Source of the DNA: Candidatus Latescibacterota bacterium
Lineage (GTDB): Bacteria; Latescibacterota; CBDEFO01
NCBI GenBank assembly: GCA_965237525.1
Contig: CBDEFO010000006.1
Coordinates: forward strand, 192,001-256,000
DNA length: 64,000 bases
Direction: 5' to 3'
Part shown: positions 1 to 8,485 of the stretch, piece after piece
Position numbering within the stretch: the first letter of the stretch is position 1
How the letters are laid out: every line of letters starts with the position of its first letter
Notes under the pieces: generated by a model
What the model was told of the DNA's origin: nothing
What the model saw: the letters and a program-made list of their open reading frames with translations, nothing else
Databases searched by the model: none
Translations under genes and position numbers: made by a program

Positions 1-586
1 CTGCCAGCAACCGCAGCGTCCGAACCGAATGAATACCCAGGCTCATCAGGCTCCCTCCACCGGCAGTCTCACGCTGAAACCACCACGAATCCGGCCGGGG
101 GCCTATGCGCCATAACTCATGCACACGTACCATGAAAACTGTGCCGATCAAACCAGCATCGATCAACCGACACGCCTCTGTACTATCCGGCTGGAACTGA
201 TAGTTCTCAGCGACAGCCAGGCGAGTTCCCGCCTGGTCAGCGGCCTTTAACATGGCGTCGGCTTCAGATAGGTTCAGGGCCATCGGCTTTTCCGTCATGC
301 AGTGCTTTCCTGCTTCCGCTGCCTGCACAGCTACGGGACAGTGCAGATGATGTGGCAGCACTACACCCACGGCACCGATAAGATCCGATGCCAAAATCTC
401 GTCAATCGAAGAAAAGGTCCCAACAACCCTTAGTTCTTGTTCTGCCCGTTGAACTTTGACTGGATCAATATCATAGACATACAGATCCACATCTTCCATA
501 TCACTGAAATGCCCGGCATGGGTATAACCCATCCATCCAAGACCGATCACACAGATACCCAGTTTCCGGGAACTGACATTTTTCAT
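1..586 (-). CDS. Gfo/Idh/MocA family oxidoreductase (N-terminal part; runs off the window edge)
   Basis: Manual translation MKNVSSRKLGICVIGLGWMG...HHLH...AGKHCMTEKPMALN shows a Rossmann GxGxxG and the EKP motif; AAGGAG RBS upstream. Confidence 0.85.
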   Translation of the reverse strand, partial: MKNVSSRKLGICVIGLGWMGYTHAGHFSDMEDVDLYVYDIDPVKVQRAEQELRVVGTFSSIDEILASDLIGAVGVVLPHHLHCPVAVQAAEAGKHCMTEKPMALNLSEADAMLKAADQAGTRLAVAENYQFQPDSTEACRLIDAGLIGTVFMVRVHELWRIGPRPDSWWFQRETAGGGSLMSLGIHSVRTLRLLA

Positions 587-903
587 TGCCTTCTCCTTAT
601 TTGGTGGTCACGCTCTGATGCGGCATTCGCCTTCCTATTGAGTGTCGCTCTCAAAAAGAAGGACGATACAGAATCAGATTGTGGATGTCAGTGAGAACTT
701 CTCAGCCCAAAGTTCATGTCCACTTTATCAGCAGACTTCCTTATCCAGTCACGTTCTCGGATCGTCAGTTACTTTTGACCGCAGCGTGCTGGTGATATCT
801 ACAGCCCACAACGCCCCCAAACCTAATAGGGCATGATCCCTCATGGCGACCTTCAGGACACTTGCAACTCTATATTTCATCCTGTGAGTCTTGTCAAAAT
901 TCT

Positions 904-1779
904 TCACGACACCTGCGACGGCGTCAAACCGACACCATCCAGGCGGCGTTTCGCTTCCACATAAACATCCGGAGACAGGGGGCCTTTCAGCACGGTGCGT
1001 GCGTTCTCCTGAAGGTGTTCAGGATTCTGGGTGCCCACGATAATAGTACTTATCTGGGGATGTGCAAGCGTAAAGCGTAGCATGAAGGCAGTGTGGTTCT
1101 CGCCTTCCTCCCGTAATTCATCCAACTTCGCTTCGTCAAAACTGCCCCACTGCGCGGCAGAGCCTGAACCTATCCCCGGTTCACCACTTGCCACTCCACC
1201 TCGGATAATGGTACCTATCCCGGCTTCTGAGGCCTTGGTGATCCAAGTTTCGTGCTTCCGCTCGAGAGCTGAATACGGTATCTGGAATGTATCAAAGACA
1301 CCCCACGAAAGATAGGTAGGTAAATCGGGCAGCGTAGTGGAGATGCCGATCCAGCGCACTTTTCCCTGCTGGCGCATCTCTTGCATCGCCTCGACCAGGT
1401 TACCCTCCTCGCACTGCTGCACCGACGGGTTGTGGGGCTGTATCAAGTCTATATAGTCGGTTCTCAGACGCTGCAGGCTCTCCTGCAAGCCCCGAAAGAG
1501 GTTCTCCTTCGTCCAAATATGCCCATCCGGGTGACAGCCGCACTTGGTTGCCAAATAGTATTCTGATCTCCGGTGGGAGATACATTTGCCGATGAACTCT
1601 TCACTGCGACCATAGTCACTGGCGGTATCTATGAAGTTGATTCCGGAATCCAGCACTGCGTTGAAGATGGTCTTGGAGTTATCATCTGTCCATGGCCGCC
1701 TATCCCAGGCACCAAAGCCCAGGCGAGTCACCTCCAGTTCAGTGCGTCCTAAATTTGCGGTAGGTAAACCTTGTGACAT
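904..1779 (-). CDS. Aldo/keto reductase
   Basis: LGRTELEVTRLGFG, GINFIDTASDYG, ATKCG and SLQRLRTDYIDL motifs. Confidence 0.9.
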   Translation of the reverse strand: MSQGLPTANLGRTELEVTRLGFGAWDRRPWTDDNSKTIFNAVLDSGINFIDTASDYGRSEEFIGKCISHRRSEYYLATKCGCHPDGHIWTKENLFRGLQESLQRLRTDYIDLIQPHNPSVQQCEEGNLVEAMQEMRQQGKVRWIGISTTLPDLPTYLSWGVFDTFQIPYSALERKHETWITKASEAGIGTIIRGGVASGEPGIGSGSAAQWGSFDEAKLDELREEGENHTAFMLRFTLAHPQISTIIVGTQNPEHLQENARTVLKGPLSPDVYVEAKRRLDGVGLTPSQVS

Positions 1780-2178
1780 TTGAAGTGCCTCCTCTTGATA
1801 TTGGGATTCAGTGTCAGAACGAGCGCCTCAGTCTGTACTCAGGCTCTATCACAGGCTAAACTCCCAAAGAGATAGTCGTTGCAGTAGCGATATCTCCCTT
1901 CAGAAAGTTCCGTCTCTATATGTTCGTCGAGATTGCCGAAGATCATTCATTTTATGATCTTCTACAGTCTTATGCCTCCTCTGCCTTGTGTTTCACACAT
2001 ACACGGACACTTACTTCGAGCACATCGGATAATATATCCGTCTGATATGTAGAAATCAAGTAAAATCACAACCAGTGCGCTACCTCGGCAGGGGATATCG
2101 TGATCTGTGTGTTTAACCCTATCAGTTCCATAAGTACACTCGTTGGATGATTCTGGCGCTTCAATGGAGAATAAACAC

Positions 2179-2213
2179 AAAAAGCCCGCAAGTCTATAAT
2201 TTTGCGGGCTTTT
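2179..2213 (-). terminator. Intrinsic terminator downstream of tRNA-Met
   Basis: AAAAGCCCGCAA / TTGCGGGCTTTT inverted repeat with A/T tails. Confidence 0.7.
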
Positions 2214-2226
2214 CATCGTATATTAT

Positions 2227-2303
2227 TGGTAGCGGTGGAGGGACTCGAACCCCCGACACGAGGATTATGATTCCTCTGCTCTAACCAGCTGAGCTACACC
2301 GCC
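2227..2303 (-). tRNA. tRNA with CAT anticodon, probably elongator tRNA-Met
   Basis: GGCGGTGTAGCTCAGCTGGTTAGAGC...AATCATAATCC...GGTTCGAGTCC...CCGCTACCA folds as a cloverleaf with encoded CCA; Met versus Ile2 not fully resolved. Confidence 0.93.
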
Positions 2304-2317
2304 GTCATTCAAATTTA

Positions 2318-2346
2318 AATATGATAAATCTACCAACCTATGTCAA
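2318..2346 (-). promoter_or_regulatory. sigma70-type promoter for tRNA-Met
   Basis: TTGACA-17 nt-CATATT just upstream of the tRNA. Confidence 0.65.
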
Positions 2347-2404
2347 TATTTTTCTCACGAGTCAACGCAGGGCTGCGGCCCTCCGAACTCCGCTAAGTTC
2401 TTAT

Positions 2405-3490
2405 TCATTTGCCCTCGTATATCTCTTCATTGGGACGAGGAAGCCTTTCACGAACCACGGGCAACTTGGGGCCTCCCCACTGAGGCCTTGATAGATAGTA
2501 GTAAGCAGTGCTGGAATAATCGTTGCTCAATTTATTTGCGTGTCCGTGCTCGATGCTTACATTTATGCTCTTCTGAAAGCGTATCGGGTCTTCGATATGA
2601 TAGCGATAGACCGTGTTCTTACCCTTCCATGGCCAGTCGGGATTCCCGCTGTAAAGGATAACTCCATAGTAAGGGGCATTGTATTCCTGAGTGGGGCAAT
2701 AGGCGCAGTGGTACCAATCTTCAGTCCCCGTGCCGTGAAGCGACGGAGGCCATTCCTCACCGTCTATAAAGATCATGTCATCGCCTTCACCGTACCAATC
2801 ATTCGGATTCCGCTGAAAGCAGTCTATATCCAGATGAGCTCCGCAGTAGATGCCATCGCCCTCAACATCGCAGATGATATAGTTCTCCTTCCCTTCCTTG
2901 TTCAGAATTCGGGAGTCTTTCCAGATTTCATCTGGCTTGAGACCCTCTTCGTAGGCCCATCCTGCAGTGTTCGCCTCACGTCTCCACTGGACGTGAAAGT
3001 ACGATAAGTCAGCCACAGATTCGGGGTCCGGATACCGCTCGTAGTCGATGTAGAAGTAGTGCGAGTAGGTCTCCTCACCCTGATTTTCCACCTCTACAAT
3101 CGCCTTACTCTTGAACGGCATCGTCCACCAGGAGTTAAAGCCCTTGCCATCTTCAGGACTCATCTGGAGGGGCAAAGTTATGAAGTTCTTTCGCATTCCG
3201 TGACCCAATCCAAAAAAGTCCCCTATCGGACACTCCACACTCGGATCCTTGCAGTCGTCCCAGTACATACGCAGGACGATGCGCCTGCAGTAATCTTCGT
3301 TGGGGATACCGAGCGTCATCCAGATATGCTTAATGCAGGCGGGGCCTTCGATCTCGGCAACGACCCTTTTCGTCCCGGGTTCGATGCGCCAGGCATCTCT
3401 GTTGCCGCCCGTAACATCGTAGCTGGAGACACGATGACTGGTGTAATCCCGCAGTTTCGGCAGAGACGCCAAACTCGTCAGACCTATCAT
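2405..3490 (-). CDS. DUF2961 / GH172-like glycoside hydrolase
   Basis: SSYDVTGGNRD, GPACIKHIWMT, PIGDFFG, WYGEGDDMIFIDG and HGTGTEDW motifs. Confidence 0.85.
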   Translation of the reverse strand: MIGLTSLASLPKLRDYTSHRVSSYDVTGGNRDAWRIEPGTKRVVAEIEGPACIKHIWMTLGIPNEDYCRRIVLRMYWDDCKDPSVECPIGDFFGLGHGMRKNFITLPLQMSPEDGKGFNSWWTMPFKSKAIVEVENQGEETYSHYFYIDYERYPDPESVADLSYFHVQWRREANTAGWAYEEGLKPDEIWKDSRILNKEGKENYIICDVEGDGIYCGAHLDIDCFQRNPNDWYGEGDDMIFIDGEEWPPSLHGTGTEDWYHCAYCPTQEYNAPYYGVILYSGNPDWPWKGKNTVYRYHIEDPIRFQKSINVSIEHGHANKLSNDYSSTAYYYLSRPQWGGPKLPVVRERLPRPNEEIYEGK

Positions 3491-3493
3491 CTT

Positions 3494-4225
3494 TCATCCC
3501 CTTTCCTTTTCGATAATGGCAATGTAAGCAGAATTCTCGGAGTCAATGAATTTCTTGACCTTCCAACCGGTGTCCGAAAGAATAGCCTCCATCTCGTCTT
3601 TTGAAACAATAAGGTAGTCAAGCCAAGGGGTAACATATTTACTGTACCTTACTCTGATCCGCAACTGTCCGGGCATTCTGCCTCTTTTTCTGTTGAGTTC
3701 GTGATATTCCAAATGTTCCTGACGTTTTGTCTTATACGGGTTTCCACTTTCTCCGATTATCCTTCCCTTTCCCGAAGTTATTTTGTGAAATCTCCTCAAC
3801 AGCCATTTTGCCCTCTTCGCGCTGCCGAATAGACCGAAGTTGTTCCCTAACATAAGAATAGTTTCAAAAGTACCCAACTTAGAGCCTATTTGAGTGATAG
3901 ACAGTACTCTGGCATTTTGTATCCCTCTCCTTCTGCAGACTTCTACTGCCAGGGGAGAAGTATCCACCCCCATAACATCGAATCCCTTGCCCTGAAGATA
4001 CAGAGAATGTCTGCCGGCACCGCATCCTATGTCCAGCACTCTACCCTTAACAAATCTCATTGCTTTTCTCTGATGACCAGGCCAAACCTTATACTCTGAC
4101 AAATATGCCTTTGGACCTCCAGAGACAGCAAAATATCCATCGTCTCTTTCTACGATTTCAAGACCACCTTCACCCTCAAAGTAGTCGTATATTGCGCGGC
4201 CAAATGCGTCCTGGCAATCTTTCAT
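3494..4225 (-). CDS. Class I SAM-dependent methyltransferase
   Basis: VLDIGCGAGRHS motif I. Confidence 0.85.
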   Translation of the reverse strand: MKDCQDAFGRAIYDYFEGEGGLEIVERDDGYFAVSGGPKAYLSEYKVWPGHQRKAMRFVKGRVLDIGCGAGRHSLYLQGKGFDVMGVDTSPLAVEVCRRRGIQNARVLSITQIGSKLGTFETILMLGNNFGLFGSAKRAKWLLRRFHKITSGKGRIIGESGNPYKTKRQEHLEYHELNRKRGRMPGQLRIRVRYSKYVTPWLDYLIVSKDEMEAILSDTGWKVKKFIDSENSAYIAIIEKERG

Positions 4226-4255
4226 AATCTCAAATCTCTCCTATTTGACAGAAGA

Positions 4256-4873
4256 TTAACACTCTTTAGCAATTACACAAAGTTCAGTGTATCCACTCCT
4301 GGGAAACGATCTACTAATAATCGGAGAAAATGTAATATTAAACAGTTTCATTATAAAACCATTAATACTATAGGGATCGATTCCTAAAACTTCTATTACG
4401 CGAAACTCATTACGGACAAATAGCGACTTTAACTTATAATAAGTATAGGATTTCTCATATCCATGCTGCCAGAAACCAAAATGAGATAACCTATAAAGCT
4501 GCCACAACGAAAATCTTGCCGGAACAAACGTAATTAGATAGCCGTCACCCTTCAAAACCCTCTTCATCTCTGCCAAAAAAGGCTTTTCATCCCTGAAGTG
4601 TTCCATTAATCCGGCGCTGAAGATGAGGTCAAACTTATTATTGGCAAAAGGCGTGTCTCTACAATCGGACAAAAAGGCGCTGGGAATATCTTCTCTTATC
4701 AATTTAATAGCAGTACTACTATTATCCAGAGCATAGCATTCCACATCGCTTCTATTCTCCTTTAACAGTCTTATGTTAGAGCCATAACCACATCCTATTT
4801 CAACGATTTCTTTTCGGCATGAACCTAATCTATCTATATAAGAATTTATTATCTTATCTCTTTCCAAAACCAT
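4256..4873 (-). CDS. Class I SAM-dependent methyltransferase (AT-rich; true start may lie upstream)
   Basis: IVEIGCGYG, FDLIFSAGLMEHF and EMKRVLKGDG motifs. Confidence 0.8.
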   Translation of the reverse strand: MVLERDKIINSYIDRLGSCRKEIVEIGCGYGSNIRLLKENRSDVECYALDNSSTAIKLIREDIPSAFLSDCRDTPFANNKFDLIFSAGLMEHFRDEKPFLAEMKRVLKGDGYLITFVPARFSLWQLYRLSHFGFWQHGYEKSYTYYKLKSLFVRNEFRVIEVLGIDPYSINGFIMKLFNITFSPIISRSFPRSGYTELCVIAKEC

Positions 4874-5062
4874 CCATTTTTCTGCCTTAGATATTGAATA
4901 CCTCTCCCAATAGTCATCCCATTTTATAATATTATGTCACCCTCATATTTCAGCGAGTACTCAAAAGCTTGTTTCTACAGATTGCGGCTGACCTGTTGAT
5001 CTTGAAACCGAAGTTTGGGAGATTCTTCTTTAGGATGGATTATCCGAATTTGTTTGCTACAC

Positions 5063-5767
5063 CTACTCTCCGCGGGTTTGTAGTTCCTCACCCAAGAATA
5101 GACTGGATGCTGCCCTGCCATCTTTCTTGTTTACCTTTCTGAGATATTTTTTGTGCATCAGACCGGATTTGAGCGTTTCCACTTCCCAAGCTACCTCATA
5201 TCGGAACTTGGGTGTCTCCTTGACCACAAAGGGCCAAGGATAACCTCGCACATTAAGCAGCGGTGGAGATCTGTATGAAGTAACATCCTCTCGTTGAAAT
5301 TTCGGTCTCTGCTTTAGGTTCTCGATCTTCCATTTAGCGCTATCATCGTCCATTGTCAACTTCGCTGCTGATCTATAGGATAAGAGCGTATATGTATTGT
5401 TGTCTGGCGCTATACCTTTCACACCAGACGGATGAGAACCCTGATCCTGTAACCTAAACGTCTTGACCAATGTTGGTTGTGTTGGGTTGCCCAAGTCATA
5501 TATTTCTACCCGGGTCATGATCAAAACAATCAAGAACTTTTTGTAGTTTGCATATCCGCGAACATTGTAATCTGCTGGCGTTGTTACTTGTCCTGCTATC
5601 TTTAGATTAGCCTTGTCGTCTAAAACAACTACATTGAAGATTCTGCCAGATTTCCCGAAAGTGTCATAGATAAACAGATCATCGAACCAATAGATGTCCA
5701 GGTCGTGGTCAGCCCAGACTGGACACGTTACGAGCATAATGAAAGTGATCGATATCAAATGGCGCAT
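5063..5767 (-). CDS. Hypothetical secreted protein, tandem paralog 1
   Basis: 234-aa ORF with signal-peptide-like N-terminus, GGAGG RBS, and close similarity to 5872-6576. Confidence 0.75.
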   Translation of the reverse strand: MRHLISITFIMLVTCPVWADHDLDIYWFDDLFIYDTFGKSGRIFNVVVLDDKANLKIAGQVTTPADYNVRGYANYKKFLIVLIMTRVEIYDLGNPTQPTLVKTFRLQDQGSHPSGVKGIAPDNNTYTLLSYRSAAKLTMDDDSAKWKIENLKQRPKFQREDVTSYRSPPLLNVRGYPWPFVVKETPKFRYEVAWEVETLKSGLMHKKYLRKVNKKDGRAASSLFLGEELQTRGE

Positions 5768-5871
5768 ACATTGCCTCCTTTCTCATGGGACGGTGGCTAA
5801 CTCGTTCATCTTGGAACACAGCTTCAATAAATCCACACTTTGTTCGGATTACCCCAACTGGGTTCCTACTC

Positions 5872-6576
5872 CTACTCTCCACAGGTTTCTAGATCCTCAC
5901 CCAAGAATAGACTGGATACAACCCTGTCGCCTTTCTTGGTTACCTTTCTGAGATATTTTTTGTGCATCCGACCACATTCGAGCGTTTCCACTTCCCAATC
6001 TACTTCATATCGGAACTTGGGTGTCTCTTTTACCACAAAGGGCCAAGGATAATTTGGGAAATGACGGAATGGTGGGAATCTGGAGGATGTAACAGCCTCT
6101 CGTTGAAGTTCCGGTCTTTGTTTTAGGTTCTCGATCTTCCATCTAGAACTATCATCGTCCATTGTCAACTTCGCTGCTGATTTATAGGATAAGAACGTAA
6201 ATGTATTGTTGTCTGGCTCTATACCTTTCACACCAGACGGATGAGATCCCTGATCCTGTAGCATAAAGGTCTTGACCAATGTGCGTTGTATTGGGTTGTT
6301 CAAGTCATAGATTTCCACTTGATCCATAAGCAAAACAATCAGGAAGTTCCTGTAGTTTGCATATCCATCAACATTGTAATCTGCTGTCGTTTTCGCTTGT
6401 CCTGCTATCTTTAGATCAGTCTTGTCGTCTAAAACAACTACGTTGAAGATTCTGCTAGGTTCTCCGAAAGTATCATAGATAAACAGATCATCAAACGAAT
6501 AGACGTCCAGGTCGTGGTCAGCCCAGACAGGACACGTAACGAGCACAATGAAAGTAATCGACATCAAGCGCCGCAT
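5872..6576 (-). CDS. Hypothetical secreted protein, tandem paralog 2
   Basis: 234-aa ORF colinear with 5063-5767. Confidence 0.75.
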   Translation of the reverse strand: MRRLMSITFIVLVTCPVWADHDLDVYSFDDLFIYDTFGEPSRIFNVVVLDDKTDLKIAGQAKTTADYNVDGYANYRNFLIVLLMDQVEIYDLNNPIQRTLVKTFMLQDQGSHPSGVKGIEPDNNTFTFLSYKSAAKLTMDDDSSRWKIENLKQRPELQREAVTSSRFPPFRHFPNYPWPFVVKETPKFRYEVDWEVETLECGRMHKKYLRKVTKKGDRVVSSLFLGEDLETCGE

Positions 6577-6763
6577 ACATTGCCTCTTTTCTCATGGGAC
6601 GGTGGATAAATCGTTCATTTCCGTTAGATTTCCAGCCTTCAATCCAACGCCACTTCGTCTACGTAAAAACGGCTATTGCGCACCCCATCGTCTCTGTGCA
6701 CAATAGCCGCCCTGTTCCTGGGGCGAGGAAGACCTCGTCCCTACACTGTGTCCTATATCAGAC

Positions 6764-8437
6764 CTATTGGGTGACTGCACCCTGGCACGCGGAGGAGACT
6801 AATCGGGCGTACTTGGCCATAACGCCGCTTTTGTAGCGCGGAGGTGGAGGCGTCCAGCGGCTCAGCCTTTCTTTCAGTTCCTCATCTGACAGTTCCACGT
6901 CGAGCCGACGGGATTCCACATCAAAGACTATGGTGTCGCCGTCCTGAACCGCTGCAATCGGTCCTCCCCGCGCCGCTTCAGGTGCGACGTGACCGACCAT
7001 AAGACCGTGCGTGGCGCCTGAGAAGCGTCCGTCTGTCAAGAGGGCGACCGAATCGCCAAGTCCCGCTCCGACAAGTGCCCCTGTCACAGCGAGCATCTCG
7101 CGCATACCTGGACCTCCTACGGGACCCTCGTACCGGATAACGACCACATCACCCGCTTTGATCTGGCCCCGCTCGATGCTCGGAAGGACGTCATCCTCAG
7201 CGTCAAAGACTCGAGCAGGACCCCGGTGGCTGGGACGCTCGTGGCCGGCCACCTTCAGGACGGAACCCTCGGGCGCCAGGTTGCCTTTCAGGATGACGAG
7301 TCCTCCGGTCGGCTTGATCGGATCTGAAAGAGGCCTTAAGACCTCTTGGCCCGGCGTCTCCGAGGCTTTACTCGCCTCCTCTTTGATGGTCTTCCCTGTA
7401 ACCGTTATTTCATCCGCGTTCAAGATTCCCGCATCCAGCAGGCGCCTGGCGACAAGAGCTATGCCGCCGGCGCGGTAGAGGTCGTTAGCTACGAAGCGGC
7501 CTCCGGGCTTTAAATCGGCAAGCAGCGGCGTTTTAGAACTGATCCGATCGAAGTCATCTATGGTCAAAGGGATGCCCATTTCGTGAGCGATAGCCAGAAA
7601 ATGCAGGACTCCGTTGGTGGAGCCGCCGGAAGTAGCGATAGATGCGATAGCGTTCTCGATTGAGGCCCTGGTGATAATGTGCCTGGGGCGGAGGCCCTGC
7701 TGTAGCATGTCCATTACTAATTTTCCAGCTTCGACTGCGACCTCGTCCTTTCTGGAGTCCATCGCCGGCACAGATCCGCTCCCCATAGGCGCCATCCCGA
7801 GTATCTCTATAGCGGTCGCCATCGTGTTGGCTGTGAACTGCCCTCCGCAGGCGCCAGCACCCGGACAGGCGTGATCCTCCAAATCGTGAAACTCCTCGTC
7901 CGTCATCTTACCGGCTGCGCGCGCGCCGACCGCCTCGAAGACATCCTGAATCGTCACATCGCGTCCCTGGAACTGTCCCGGCATAATCGAGCCGCCGTAG
8001 AGCATCAAGGAAGGGACATCAAGACGCGCCAGGGCCATCACCGTGCCGGGTATCGTCTTGTCGCAGCCTGAGAGGGCAACCACAGCGTCGAACATATTCC
8101 CGCGCGCCACAAGCTCGATTGAATCAGCGATGATCTCGCGGCTGACAAGCGACATCTTCATCCCCTCTGTCCCCATCGTGATCCCGTCGGAGATCGAGAC
8201 CGTGTTGAACTCTAATGGCGTGCCGCCGCCGGCTCGGACACCCTCTTTGACCTTCTCTGCCAATCGGCGAAGGTGAAAGTTGCAGGGACCAACTTCAATC
8301 CAGGTGTTGGCGATTCCGACTAAGGGTCGCGCTAAGTCCTCGTCCCTTAATCCGATCGATTTGAGCATCGCACGCGCCGGTGCGCGTTCCAACCCGTCGG
8401 TGATGGTGCTGCTAAGACGCTTTGTACTATCGGTCAT
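6764..8437 (-). CDS. ilvD: Dihydroxy-acid dehydratase
   Basis: PCNFHL, CDKTIPG, GACGGQFTANTM, GPGMREML and TDGRFSG motifs. Confidence 0.96.
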   Translation of the reverse strand: MTDSTKRLSSTITDGLERAPARAMLKSIGLRDEDLARPLVGIANTWIEVGPCNFHLRRLAEKVKEGVRAGGGTPLEFNTVSISDGITMGTEGMKMSLVSREIIADSIELVARGNMFDAVVALSGCDKTIPGTVMALARLDVPSLMLYGGSIMPGQFQGRDVTIQDVFEAVGARAAGKMTDEEFHDLEDHACPGAGACGGQFTANTMATAIEILGMAPMGSGSVPAMDSRKDEVAVEAGKLVMDMLQQGLRPRHIITRASIENAIASIATSGGSTNGVLHFLAIAHEMGIPLTIDDFDRISSKTPLLADLKPGGRFVANDLYRAGGIALVARRLLDAGILNADEITVTGKTIKEEASKASETPGQEVLRPLSDPIKPTGGLVILKGNLAPEGSVLKVAGHERPSHRGPARVFDAEDDVLPSIERGQIKAGDVVVIRYEGPVGGPGMREMLAVTGALVGAGLGDSVALLTDGRFSGATHGLMVGHVAPEAARGGPIAAVQDGDTIVFDVESRRLDVELSDEELKERLSRWTPPPPRYKSGVMAKYARLVSSACQGAVTQ

Positions 8438-8485
8438 TCTTCTCTCCCGTCTACCGGGCGAGGTTACCTCGCCCCAACATTCTGT

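Noticed and set aside
1962..2216. 84-aa ORF downstream of tRNA-Met
   Set aside because: Starts within the terminator hairpin; no RBS or motif.
5780..5860. Integron attC site between the tandem secreted genes (GTTAGCC upstream of the gene)
   Set aside because: No matching inverse core or convincing stem, and the motif is not kept in the second copy.
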